NCBI GenBank assembly: GCA_963693365.1
Contig: CAVNZM010000010.1
Coordinates: forward strand, 3,780,159-3,844,158
Reading direction: 5' to 3'
DNA from: Amoebidium appalachense
Taxonomy: Eukaryota; Protista; Ichthyosporea
Length of the DNA stretch: 64,000 nt
Shown: positions 49,532 through 61,866 of the stretch, piece by piece
Position numbering within the stretch: the first letter of the stretch is position 1
How the letters are laid out: each line of letters begins with the position of its first letter
Notes under the pieces: model-generated
What the model was told of the DNA's origin: nothing
Databases searched by the model: none
Seen by the model: only the letters and a program-made list of their open reading frames with translations
Made by a program: the position numbers and the translations under genes

Positions 49532-52500
49532 CTATAATTTTGTAGTGATGTGTTTCTCAAGCCAATCAATACATCTAATAAACAGGTCGTAGTTACGCGT
49601 GTTTAGTATAAAATCAAGGATGTTGTAATTTACAGGTAGGCTATCTTTCTGGGTGTCTGTTGTGAATGTGACGTGTGTGTGTTGCGGTATTATGTGGTCT
49701 ATCAAACTACATTTGGCGATACATGACCGGTTAAACTGGTGTGTGTGTGTGTTGTTTGGGCATGCAAATGATGCCACCTTATACTTATTAGATCTCCACT
49801 GTATAGCACGTGTACAGTAAAAGCGTGGTAATTGATCAATAATACCATCAGCTAGAGAAAGACCAGTTCTACAGGAAGGTAATATGTATTTAGGTGTTAT
49901 ACACTTGCGAGTGCCATATTTGGCAATATGGTTGAGGCGGTCAGTATATATAAAACGAGACATAAGGCTTAGTTTTTCAAGGTGTATGCTTTCATCGGGT
50001 CTAGTGTCGTTTGGTATCTTTTTCCATTTGTTATATTGCGTGATTATCTTGTGATTGTGTACATGTTTAATAAGTAAGTGGCAGTCCAAAGTCACACACA
50101 CACTATTGCGGGGTTTATTTGTATTTGTGCCCAGGGGAGAAGGGGAGAGAGAGGGGAGGAAAGAGGGGAGAGGTGAGGAGGGGACAGGTCGGATAGAGAA
50201 GAGAGGGTGGGAGGGCAAATACTTCTTTAAGCGGCTTATGTGCTTATTGAATTTCAGCGCGAGATAGGATACTCTAGCAGCTATTGGGACCAGACCATAT
50301 ATCGAGAGCGTTACAGGCCCAGGTTTACAACAGTTGTTAGATAGAAAGGAGGCAACTTCTGCTTCAAGGAAATTTGCCAAGGGTTTAAGCGCTCTAGTTC
50401 TCTCTTTCTTGATCCAAGCGGCGAGAAGGGGTAAACCATATTCACATGCCGGGAAGACAAAAGTGCGAATAAATGTAAGTCTAATAGAAGGATGGAGGGG
50501 TGTGTCTTTAAAAATATTAGCCGAGAAGAAAGCTAACCGCTTACGAGCCAACTCTACCCTCTTTACGACCATATGGGGAAACATAACACCAACAGAATCA
50601 ACCGGAACACCAAGATATTTGTATTCTGGAACTATAGGTACAGGTTTAGATGATAATGTAAATGTGTGTAAATTGTTAGCTATATCAGGTACAAGAACAC
50701 CACATTTGTCTATGTTAAGGATCATAAGGTTTGCCTTGCACCACTCTGACACTACATCGAACAATCTTTGCAGGCGTCTAGGGGTACGGGCAAGGAGGGA
50801 CAGATCATCAGCATAGAGAAGTGCAGGCGGAAAGTTATTAATAGGGTCATCGTTTTCGGCGTAAATCTTGACAGCCAAATCATCTATAAATAGGTTAAAC
50901 AAAAAGGGGCTAAGCAATGAGCCCTGCAAGAGACCTCTAGTACGAGCAAAACCATATGAAAGATGCCCATTAACCACAGCTCTACCATAGGTTTGAGACA
51001 AGAGTGCTTCTAACAGAACACCAATGCAGTGTGGTACACCCCGTGCAGCAAGCTTTTCCCATAGGAGACCAGGGGAGACAGAATCGTAAGCAGTTTTCCA
51101 ATCAATAAAGCCAACATATTGTGCACCAACTTGCATAGAATCGTGCAGTGCCATTATTTGAACATAACATGAATTGTTTTTACGAAAAGCGGATTGGCAT
51201 GGGTGTATGTGAAGAATAGATTGAAACCTAGGGTGATGTGCAAATAACCTAAGTAAGCAAGCTTCAAAGAATCTACGAACAACCTGGGTTAGTGTAATGG
51301 GGCGAAAGGATGATATGGGGCCCTCAGAGTCCTTCTTAACTATGGGGATCACTAAGGTATCTAACCAAGATGACGGGACATGTCCACATTTAACACACCA
51401 AGAAAAGAGAGAGCTTAACATGATAGTAAGATCAGGTTTAATAGCACGATCACTTTCCTTTTGTGGGTAGGAGGGAACAAGGATTTTAAGAAACCCAGCA
51501 GGGAGTCCATCAGGTCCACAAGACTTACTAGAGCTATAACTAGATATCACAGACCATATGGCATCGGGACTGAAAAAGGGGAGGATCGATTCTATGGGGA
51601 TAGATGGGTCTACAGGCCACACAATAGGTTTCTGAGCGGGGGTCCTATCTTTAAACAGTTCCGAGAAATACTTATCAGAGTCTATGAGGGGGTCTCCAGT
51701 GGTATCACCAATAATACGAGCAGGGGGGCCAAATCGATTCATACTAGCAAGCCGGCGCAAGCTTTCCTTTTGAGACAGGGGTTCACCTAGTCTAGCGGGA
51801 GTGGTGTTTGGTAACAAGAGAGCATCGGGATATTCCTTCCTACCACCGCCAGCATAATCACCGAGATCTATCAAATCATCAACAATAAAGTTAGTGCATG
51901 TATCTAGTACGAGATGTGAATCTGGCCTGGCTTGTGCAGATTCTAATAGGCGCATATATATAGGGTGTTTCGTAGCATAGCATACACATACATCAACTCT
52001 ACCCCACTGTGACTTAAGCTGGGATAGACGGAGGCGAAAGGTGGGAGGGGGAGGGGGGAGCAGATCAAGGGAGATCTTAGGTAGGAAAAGGATAGGAGAG
52101 TGGTCAGATGACCTAGAGAGGTTAGGAGGGAGAGAGAGTTTTGACATGGTTGATGGCCAAAAGGCCACTCCCCAGTCGGTGTTGTGGGCATGGGATATTT
52201 GAGGGAACCGCAAAGTGTGACTTTGGACATACCTTGCTAAAGGGATAGCACGCTCCGGGGGCTTAGATGGGTACCCGACACTCACTTGCAGTGTGTCTGT
52301 GTGGTGGAGTCGCGTGTTAAAATCACCTAAAATAACAGTGGACATTGGTAACTGTGACAACTCGTGAGTCAATTCGACAACCGACATAGATGGTGGGTAA
52401 TATACAAAAGTAAAAACATTAGAAAGAAACTCTATAGAAACCGAGAATTCCGTTTTTGCTACCGGTTTGCACTTCACTCTCACGTGTGGTGCGGCAAGTA

Positions 52501-52726
52501 CAATAATGCCTCGGTTTTTCGCGTAACCGGGGTGTGTGGATGTGTCGACCAATGTAGAGTTGAATTTGTGGTGGTTTTTAAACTGTGTTTCGCAAATCAC
52601 TGTAAACGTGTGGTTGTTTGTCTGTTGTTGTATGTAGCTGATTTTATCGTCGAGTGTCCCGGGGGGGAGGCCCTTTTGGGGGCCCAGTGTCCGAGCATTC
52701 CAGAAGAAGAAGGATAAATTAGGCAT
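49532..52726 (-). CDS. LINE ORF2: apurinic-like endonuclease + reverse transcriptase + C-terminal Cys/His motif (1064 aa)
   Basis: APE: WNARTL, ICETQ, ILGDFN, SDHSPI. RT: KSCGPDG, FRPITL, QSAFR, FIDWKTAYDSV, GLLQGSLLSPFLFN, YADD, YKYLG. C-terminus CPN..H.FNRSCI..C. Confidence 0.97.
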   Translation of the reverse strand: MPNLSFFFWNARTLGPQKGLPPGTLDDKISYIQQQTNNHTFTVICETQFKNHHKFNSTLVDTSTHPGYAKNRGIIVLAAPHVRVKCKPVAKTEFSVSIEFLSNVFTFVYYPPSMSVVELTHELSQLPMSTVILGDFNTRLHHTDTLQVSVGYPSKPPERAIPLARYVQSHTLRFPQISHAHNTDWGVAFWPSTMSKLSLPPNLSRSSDHSPILFLPKISLDLLPPPPPTFRLRLSQLKSQWGRVDVCVCYATKHPIYMRLLESAQARPDSHLVLDTCTNFIVDDLIDLGDYAGGGRKEYPDALLLPNTTPARLGEPLSQKESLRRLASMNRFGPPARIIGDTTGDPLIDSDKYFSELFKDRTPAQKPIVWPVDPSIPIESILPFFSPDAIWSVISSYSSSKSCGPDGLPAGFLKILVPSYPQKESDRAIKPDLTIMLSSLFSWCVKCGHVPSSWLDTLVIPIVKKDSEGPISSFRPITLTQVVRRFFEACLLRLFAHHPRFQSILHIHPCQSAFRKNNSCYVQIMALHDSMQVGAQYVGFIDWKTAYDSVSPGLLWEKLAARGVPHCIGVLLEALLSQTYGRAVVNGHLSYGFARTRGLLQGSLLSPFLFNLFIDDLAVKIYAENDDPINNFPPALLYADDLSLLARTPRRLQRLFDVVSEWCKANLMILNIDKCGVLVPDIANNLHTFTLSSKPVPIVPEYKYLGVPVDSVGVMFPHMVVKRVELARKRLAFFSANIFKDTPLHPSIRLTFIRTFVFPACEYGLPLLAAWIKKERTRALKPLANFLEAEVASFLSNNCCKPGPVTLSIYGLVPIAARVSYLALKFNKHISRLKKYLPSHPLFSIRPVPSSPLPSFLPSLSPSPLGTNTNKPRNSVCVTLDCHLLIKHVHNHKIITQYNKWKKIPNDTRPDESIHLEKLSLMSRFIYTDRLNHIAKYGTRKCITPKYILPSCRTGLSLADGIIDQLPRFYCTRAIQWRSNKYKVASFACPNNTHTHQFNRSCIAKCSLIDHIIPQHTHVTFTTDTQKDSLPVNYNILDFILNTRNYDLFIRCIDWLEKHITTKL

Positions 52727-53903
52727 CGGTTTGGTCCGACACCTGTGGGGTTGGTTCCCACTTGTCGCTTACGGGGTCGTATGCACGACCTTCCGCCAGC
52801 GCGAACAGTTCGCAGAAGAGCTCGATTTCCATCTCGCATCGGCGTTTGCGCTCGAGCAGTTTCTCACCAGAAAACATTGGTTCCTTCGCGTCCGTGTCTA
52901 TCACGCTCGTAGCATCGTTTTCCAACTTTGCGAGGAACTCTTTTGCCTTGCTGATGCGTACACGACAACGTGTGGCGCACGCATTCTTAGCAGACACTTT
53001 ACGTTCTTTGTCTGCTTTCTGAATGTTTTCCGGCGCGCATGGGTCGTAGCTTGGGAGGTGGGTGAAGAAGCTTCCACACCCCTTTGTCGCGTCACGGATG
53101 AACGCACGGTTATAGTCGCCCCGTACTGCTACTTCCAGCACATCGTATCCAATGAAGGACAGACAAAGGATGCGAGAGCACCGGAAGCCGAGAGCCTTGA
53201 AGATGGACCACATGGCCCTGTGTGGGCGTCTGCCGTGCTTGACTTTGAAATACACCCTCTCGTATTTGGGTGGGATGTTGATGTTACCGTTTGCTTGGGT
53301 GTTCCCCTTAGCCGGCGGTTTGGGAGGGGAGTTGCGGCGGTACTCGTTGCCTGCAAGAATGCTGGCATATGTTTCCTTGGCAATTTGGCGGAGCTCGGGT
53401 GTTTTACGAGAGTTCGCATATTCTAGGAACTCTGCCGGGAGCTGTGCTTCCGGTCCTGTGTTGTTTTGTGTTGGGGTGGAAATGTCTCCGTCGCGAGATG
53501 TTTGCTCATGAGTTTTGGGGTTTTGCGATCCACTAATGTTTAGCTGGGCTGTGAGTGAATCAATGGTGAGCTTGAGTTGGGTATTTTCTGTTTGGAGTTT
53601 TTCTATCATGTTCTTGAGTGGTAACAGCTCATTTAGCTGTTTCTTAACGAGGGCAAGTTCTGCCAGTACTGTATCAACCGAAAGTTTCGGCATGGTTGTT
53701 ATTGTGTTTCTACGGAGTGGTGTGGTGTTATTCTGAATGGGTAGTGTATTGTAAATAGGTGTTGCGCTTAGTCTAAGGCGATGTTTTTCTGGTTGTGCAT
53801 CTGTGGTAGGTGTATCTGCTGGACGTTTTAATGGTCGCACATGTGTGATGGGTGTAGATGGAACTTTGAAAGAGGTTCTGAAACGATTATAGGCATGTGC
53901 CAT
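52719..53903 (-). CDS. LINE ORF1 (394 aa): N-terminal coiled coil and a putative RRM-like C-terminal domain, no CCHC knuckle
   Basis: Directly upstream of ORF2 with an 8-nt ATGCCTAA overlap; heptad region LAELALVKKQL..LQTENTQLKLTIDSL. Confidence 0.85.
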   Translation of the reverse strand: MAHAYNRFRTSFKVPSTPITHVRPLKRPADTPTTDAQPEKHRLRLSATPIYNTLPIQNNTTPLRRNTITTMPKLSVDTVLAELALVKKQLNELLPLKNMIEKLQTENTQLKLTIDSLTAQLNISGSQNPKTHEQTSRDGDISTPTQNNTGPEAQLPAEFLEYANSRKTPELRQIAKETYASILAGNEYRRNSPPKPPAKGNTQANGNINIPPKYERVYFKVKHGRRPHRAMWSIFKALGFRCSRILCLSFIGYDVLEVAVRGDYNRAFIRDATKGCGSFFTHLPSYDPCAPENIQKADKERKVSAKNACATRCRVRISKAKEFLAKLENDATSVIDTDAKEPMFSGEKLLERKRRCEMEIELFCELFALAEGRAYDPVSDKWEPTPQVSDQTDA

Positions 53904-54182
53904 GACATGGATGGGGGTGTTCCCCGGCCCTTAGGGCCACGGATGGCCTGGTTTAGGGGTGGATGCGCGAAGGATACTATTTATTAGCAGATAATAAAGA
54001 GCGACATTTGAATTAATTACTTAGTGTGGATAGCACGGAAAACCCGGAAGATGTGGCACAAAAATTGTTTTTTTTTTTGTTTTTTTTTTGGGGGGGGGGG
54101 GGGGGGGGAGGAGGGGGGCGAGAGGGGGGGGGGGGTGGGGGGAGGGAGGGGAAGGAGGGGGGGGGGGGGGGGGAGGGGGGAG

Positions 54183-54214
<32 letters not shown>

Positions 54215-54551
54215 ATGGTGGGGCTGGGGCCTCAGGCGGGGCTAGCCAGCAAAAATCTTGATGCACGTTATAAGCCAATAGCATAACGATTATGGTACAG
54301 AATCAACTAATCAACGTAAAGGTTGAGCATCAATTGCTATATTTTTGCGCAAGCCTGACAGAGTGACGCGATTTCCAAAAAAGCACCAATCATTCACAGC
54401 GCAGACTGCGGATCACTTGGCGATCGTCCTGTGGCACCGCGGAAAGCAAAAACTCGCGAAAGGAATTTCCGTCAAGAGGAAAAAAGGTCACGGTTAATTT
54501 GCATGCACACAAGTCATTACAAACTACCCCCTCTTTTTACCTATATAGTAA

Positions 54552-54563
54552 ACACGCACGCAC

Positions 54564-54627
<64 letters not shown>

Positions 54628-54799
54628 GCGCACACACACACACAGACACACACACAGACACACACACACATGTACACATGCATATGCCACGGAACTTCAA
54701 GGCACACGCACAGATTTGTGCTGCAGTTGCCCTCCAGAAAAAGAAAAAGAAAAAGAAAAAGAAAAAGAACGAGGGAAGAGTGAGGGCTGGGGGGAAAGG

Positions 54800-54876
<77 letters not shown>

Positions 54877-54958
54877 CTCTCTCTTTATTCCCATTTTTTC
54901 TTTTTCTTTCTGTCTTTCTATTTTCTGTTTTTTTTTTTTTTTTTTTTTTGGAAAGGTT
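54552..54958 (+). repeat. Direct repeat copy 2 (see 47950-48348)
   Basis: Near-identical unique core to 48090-48348. Confidence 0.9.
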
Positions 54959-56858
54959 AAGTTCACATTGATCACCGGTGCGTTTTAGTCGGTACCAGCC
55001 TCAGGAGACCTATATGTACATACTTTCTAGGCTAAGCCTTCCAAACAGACACAATAACTCAAAGTTACAAACAGACTAGGGAGGCATGTTTTCATTTTCA
55101 GAGATTTCAAAGACTATGGGGATCCGGTTACGAAATTTCTCCTGTTGGGTGAGGGGGGTCTAACGTAGTGTGGTTGGGGCCAGGGGTTTGAGGTGGTGGG
55201 TTGTGTCTGGTATCCCACGTCATGTAACGGTGCTGGTGACTGCGATTTGTCAAAATACAGTAAGTGGTGTGGGTTACACTCTACTTTCCGATGTACGTGT
55301 AGGCTGCATTTGGGGCATGCCGGCAAGGTATGTGTGTGTCTGCGCATGTGTTTCAATGCGATGTAAGCTGCGGTAGAGGCCTACAAGTTGTAATATATGT
55401 TACAACTTGGGAAGAAAAAAAAATCCCATGGCACCACCCAGACTGCTCTGGAAAACTGAGATATCATCATATCGTACTTCTGTATCAGGCGAAGAAAAGA
55501 GGGAATTGTAAGGCATTGTCGGGCCGCTTTAAAGTCAAACTGGGGCAATAAATTTTCTTTTCTTATGCGTTGGCCATGCACGGTCCCTACCCCCCCCCCC
55601 CCCCCCCCCCCCCTCCCCCCCCCCCTCCCCCCCCCTCCCCCCCCCCCCCCCTCTTCTTCCTCCCCCTCCCCTCCCCTTCCCCCCTCTTCCCTCCGCCAGC
55701 TAACGTTAACAAGAGTGGTGGGTACCGGTAATAAGTCCCCCCCTTCCCCCCCCCCCCCCCCTGCCCCCCTCCCAGGCCGGGCAGCGCAAAAAAGAAGCTA
55801 AGCCCCCCCCCCCCCCCCCCCTCTCTTGGTCCCCCGGTCCCCCGGGACACCCCCTCCCTCGGTTCATACAAGTTGGTTTGGTGTGGTATTGAAGTTTCCG
55901 GATATCCCGGAGTCAGTTACCAGATGTAGTGCCCAGATCTGACTCGCGTGTAGCCAGCGAGCCACCGTGTCGCCACCATCACTGGCAACTATAGAAGATT
56001 GGTTTTAAGTTTAAGTCTTTTTTTTTTTTCTTTTCTTTTTTTTGCCCTTCCCGGGGTTTCCTCAAGTAGTTGGTACGGTGGACCCATGTACGTGCACAGC
56101 GAATGGTGTGTAAATGTGGCCATGGACCGATGTGTTTCTTTTACTTCCGTTTACTTTCCCTCAAATATCCACAGTAATATAGCACTGCCAGAAAGATGCA
56201 TCCATACAGTGTCACTCTAGCACAAACTAAAGCCTCACCATTAACTCGATACACCACTCCATCAATCATCATGCACGTCCACCTCAGTGCTATATTGTCC
56301 AGAGATTTCTATTTCAATAAATATGCACTGACCGTGTGCGTGTGTGTGCGTGTGGATGCTAGCTTTACTAAGCTCTTATTTGAAAATGAACAAATTCTTA
56401 ATTTATATGCTTGGGGGTTTACGCATATGCTTCCATGTGTGCCTGAAGCCTATTGTTCTACAGTCGTTCTCGTGTAACATGCCTGCTAATGATCATACAC
56501 GTGTCTAGGTGTTCAGTTCATAAGTTTGCCCGAAGTGCACAGCACCAAGGCACACCATCTTCGAAAACCTCGGTAATTTTTTTTTTTAAGAAAACGAGCA
56601 GCAAATCGAACCGAGGTCCTGTATGCAAGTCATCCACAAGGAAACCAACACTAACCTGCAGTGTTTCGCACCAAACATAAAACACGAAAAACAATGAAAC
56701 TTGTAATCAAAAAATGCATGCAACTTGGACGGCACAAGAGCCAAAAAAGGAAAGCACATGAAGATAAAACACAGGCTTTTGGTGTTGCTACGGGTGTCAG
56801 GGGGATGGCAAATCAAGCAACAGCAACAACTAAGCGGAACTGTTGTCCAGAAAGAAGG

Positions 56859-56925
<67 letters not shown>

Positions 56926-57002
56926 CAACAAAGAAAAAACGGACTCAACACCGGACGCGGTGGGAGCCTGCAGCAGATAGCCAATATGTCAACTCCGGAA
57001 TT

Positions 57003-57143
57003 TCATTGCCGGTAGGCTGTTGGTGGCAGCGTGTCCTGTAAAAAAAAAAATGGTGTCAACTTAAAATCCCGTGTTTTCGTATATGCATTTCTCCTCTTTC
57101 TCGTCTACTGAAAACATGTTTTCGATGAGGATCCTGCAAGTGG

Positions 57144-57218
<75 letters not shown>

Positions 57219-57522
57219 TGTGTGTGGGCGCAAGCGCGAATGTGCTGCTTGCTTCTGATATGGTGCCTGCTACGAGTGTCTGTGCAGGTGAGTGTTGATG
57301 TCTGTACCTATGCATACATACACGAACGGGCGGACCGGGAGGGGAGAGGGGAAGGGGGGGTAGGATGTGTTACAGAGTACAAAGCACATGCGAAACGGCC
57401 TTTAACAATCTTAGCAGAGCAAACACCAAGACTAAGCATGATAAGCAAAACTCATCCTCAAGGGGAACCCAAACATCCACAAACCCCGAGTTTCGGCCCA
57501 TAGTGGTGGTGGTGGTGGTGGT

Positions 57523-57607
<85 letters not shown>

Positions 57608-58558
57608 GGGGGGGAGAGGGGGGGGGGGGGGCACACACCTTTGCCTGTGTGTAGAGGGTGCTGGCCTGGTCGAGGTTCCAGTTGGCCGACACGAGCAGGT
57701 CCCGGGCATATTGGTCGTTCAGCCGGGTGGCAGCAATCACTGTTTGCATCATCTGCTGCTGCGCCTGCACACACGCATATAAGAAGGCACATATCAGATC
57801 ACATATCAGATACTTCAAAATAAGAAAAACAAACGAAAGATTTACCTCCCCCTCCCCCTCCCCCCACCACCACCACCATCCCCCCTCCCGCCCGTGTAAC
57901 ATGTTCCAGGGTCTGTTCCACGGATTCAACGCGGGTAGAACATGGGGGGAAGGAAGGGGGGCTTGCGCTATAGGGTACCACGCACGCAATTACGACGGAC
58001 AACACAGCACTGATTATGCAAAGGACACATTCAGGATATGGATCATATGAGCAGAGCGTGGGCCACCCCCCAGGGAAGGGGCACCAATTCATCCACAGTG
58101 GTCGGGAAGGAGGGGGAGGGGAGGAAAGGGGTGAAAGAGGGGGGACGGGTGGAGGGGAGGGGAGGGGGGGGGGGGGGGGGGGGAGGGAGGGAGGGGGAGG
58201 GGGAGGGGGGGGGGGGGATTCAACCTCCACGGTTGGTTGACCGGCAATCTGTGGTATTTGTGCGACAGGTGCCACCTGTGGTACGGCGGCGGCGGCTGGT
58301 GGGACGCCCTGTTGGGTAGCGGGTTGTGCGACCGGCTGGTTGGGGGGTTGGTTGTAGTCCAGGGGCAGGATGGAGAGCTGGTCGTGTACGATAGCAAGCC
58401 TGCATTGGGTTAAAGAAGTTGGGTGTGTGGAAAGGGTTAAAAGTGTGCGCTATGGCCAGCCTGCTGAGGGCTGAAGTAATGATGGATTAGGTTAAAGAAT
58501 GTATCGGCATTACCCTAGAATTTGCTTATAAGATTGGGGAGGGGGACAAGGGGAAAGG

Positions 58559-58603
<45 letters not shown>

Positions 58604-58604
58604 T

Positions 58605-58635
<31 letters not shown>

Positions 58636-58690
58636 GGGGGAGGGAGGAGCGGAGGGGGAGGGGGGGGGGGACGTGTGTGTGTATGTGTGT

Positions 58691-58721
<31 letters not shown>

Positions 58722-59882
58722 GGGGGGAGTAGGAGGTGAAGGTGTTGGGTTGAAAGTTGAGCCGCTAAAAATTGGTGGCTGAACTACTAAAGATACCAAG
58801 AGCAAAAAAAAAATATAAAAAAATAAAAAATAAAAAATAAATAATAAATAAATAAATAAATAAAGAAAAAACACTGCATACAGGTACTGAAGGGGTGGTG
58901 TTCTGCCTAGCCCTGGGGACGACAGAGAAATGTATTGGAACAGGGCAGGGGCACGTCATAATAATTGCGCTGCAAACATACAATCCTACATGGGGTTCAT
59001 TACTTATCCTGGAAAGCGGAAAGCATGAGACCGTTTATGGACTTGATACCAAACTTAGAAGGAAAACCAACTTCCTCCCCCCCCCCTCACCCTTTCTATC
59101 CCTCCCTCCATCCCTCTGTCACTCTCTCTTCCTCACTCCCTCCCTCTCCCCCTCCCCCTCTCTCTCCCCCCTTCCCCCCTCCTCCCTCCCCTCTCTCTTG
59201 TCCCCCCCCCCCTCCCTCCCCTCTCTTCCTACCCCCCTCCCCCCCCCCCCCCCCTTCCTCCCTCCCCCTCCCACCCTCTCCTGTTGTGCACAGGCAAATA
59301 TCAGAGGGTGTGCATACCCATTTGCGGCCTCAACAAACACCAGTGTGCGATGGAACGCCTTCTCCTTCGTTTGGTGTGGCAGCACTGTGATTGTGTTTTG
59401 TCAGAGGTTAAAACCAGCGATATCCCATTCCCTTTCACACGCAACAAGAAAACCACTACTTACATACCTACAAGGGCATGGCAACACAAAAAGCCAAAAA
59501 ATTATAAGCAACCGCGAGGTTTTTTAACAAAGTCTTTGGATTGCTTGATCAATTGGTTGCTTTTCTCATGTGCAAAAACCGGGTAGAAAGTTGAGCAACA
59601 CCAGTTGTGATATTTTCCTGTGTTTATTCAGTGCACAGAAGTGTTATATGAAAAAGCATGCCTCAGAACGTACACACATACAGCATGCGCGAAATCAGTC
59701 CCCCCCAAAAAACCAAACATGCAACACACATGAAATCTACCCCCCCCCCCCCCATCCTCCCAACTCTTCGCCAAGCTCCACACCAAGGTGCAATTGGCAA
59801 AAAAACAAAAAAAAAGCAAAAAAAAAAAAACACGACGAATTCAAGCCAGCGAGGGTCACTTTGAGAGCACATTTACTTCTAT

Positions 59883-59931
<49 letters not shown>

Positions 59932-61453
59932 AGGCCTCCCCGTGCAAAACCAGCAACCATTTATTCGTACACAAGATTCTTCTACCAGTCGAGCCACATT
60001 TTGCGTTCAGAATCTAAACCAATACATCGTGGACTTGAAAGAGCTAACCTTCAATAAAAGGGCCTGATATCCTCGCGCACACGGAGGTTGGCTGATGACA
60101 AACCACGTGGCCGCATGTGTGCACGTGAGGGGGTGTGTGTGGAGGGGCGGGGGAGGGGAAGAGAGAGAGAGAGAGAGAGAAGGGGAGAGAGAGAAAGGGA
60201 GAGAGCGAGAGATAAGAAAGAGAGAGAGAGAGAGAGTGTGTGTGTGTGTGTGTGTGCATGCGTGTGTTTGTGCATGTGGGTGAGAGAAGAGAGAGGGGAG
60301 GGTGGGGGGAGGGGGGAGGGAGGGGAGGGAATGTGTGTGTAGGTTTTGTGTGCCCGAACGTGCGTGTATGAGTGCGTGTGCATGTGTGTGTGTGTGTGTG
60401 TGTGTGTGTGGGGCGGCGGCGGGGGGAGGGGGGGGGGGGGGGGGGTTAGCACAAAACCGGAAGGAGCCGTCCACTAATAAAGGCCGTCTTCGTTCCCTAT
60501 GACCCTACTTGAATGTGCTCCGGGTCCTAAACCGTGGAAGGACAACACCATACCATCCTCCTTAACCAACTAACAAAACAATCACAACCAGCCAGCACTA
60601 CTTTTCTTGAAAACACCCTGCCATCGTTTTCCAATACGTGCATAACTCTTCCACCTTCTACGATACGACACTCCAGGGATCTACGGGCAACGAGCCCTCA
60701 AAGTTATAGGCGTGGGGGAAGTCAAATCAGACGAACGGGGCATCAACTTGAATAAATGCTTATGTGTTTGCATGTAAGTGTGTGCATGTGTGTGTGCGTT
60801 TTCTTCTTCTCTTTCTTCTTCGTCTTCTTTCTTTCTTTCTTTCTTTCTTTTTTTTTTTTTTTTTGGAAGGGGGGGGGGGGGGGGGGAGTGAGGGAAGGAG
60901 GAGGAAGGGGAGAGAGAGGGAGGGTGTGTGGTGGTGGTGGTGGTGGGGGGGAGGAGGTTGTGCGTGTGTGTCTGCTTGTGCGCATGTGGCGGACGGGTGC
61001 TGGCATGTGTCTATGTTTCCGTGTGTGTGTGTGTGGCGGGCAGGCGCCGGCAAGGGAGATGAGGGGGGGGGGGGGGGGGGGGCACGTACAGTGATGTTCC
61101 AGATGTCGACAGCCAACTGCATGAGGTCGTGTCGGGTTGGGGGCAGCTGTTTGAGCCGTTCCACTATAGTCATGGGTGTGCTGAATAGGAGCTCGGCACG
61201 ACGTGCTGTACGTGTGTACGCGCGTGTGTGTGTACGTGTGTGTGTGTGTGTAAGGGTTGTGTGTGTGTACGTGTGTGTGTTTGTGTGTGTGTGTGTGCGC
61301 GCGTATGTGTTTTAGTGTTTGTGTGCGTTTGTGTGTGTGTGTGTGTGCTGGTCTTTCTGTGTGTGTGTGTGTGTGGAAGGGGTGTGGGTGGGTGTCAGTG
61401 TCAGTGTGAGTGTGAGTGTGAGTGTGAGTGTGAGAGTGTGAGTGCGCATGTAC

Positions 61454-61494
<41 letters not shown>

Positions 61495-61788
61495 CTCGTG
61501 TCTGTGTGTGTGTAGGCATGTGTGTGAGTGTGTACATGCATGTGCCTAAGTGTGTGTGTGTGTGTGTGTGTGAGCGTACATCATTTTTGTATGCAGTGAT
61601 GTTTGTGATGATGTGAATAGGTTTTTTTTTTTTTTGGAATGGGGGGGGGGGCGGGGGGGTTGGGGGGGGGTAAGGCAATACCTGTGTCTCTGTTCTGGCT
61701 CATGTTCATGAGGTTTCGATTGAACTGGTAGAAGCCTCGGTCGGGCTGGTGGCGGGGTGGTTGGTTGTAGCCCCTATTGCGGTCCATC

Positions 61789-61866
<78 letters not shown>

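Larger units (their letters stand above)
49384..54000 (-). mobile_element. Apparently intact non-LTR retrotransposon (LINE): ORF1 + APE-RT ORF2, short 3'UTR with (CA)n, poly(A) tail; 5' boundary uncertain
   Basis: Two long open overlapping ORFs; T run at 49384-49422 on + (poly(A) on -). Confidence 0.93.

Noticed and set aside
53912-53926. Candidate LINE target-site duplication (ggggtgttccccg vs ggggttccccg at about 49373-49383)
   Set aside because: Imperfect and would leave almost no 5'UTR; the 5' boundary remains undefined
55914-55991. Tiny MITE-like inverted repeat (cagttaccag / ctggcaacta)
   Set aside because: Short, imperfect, single copy, no TSD
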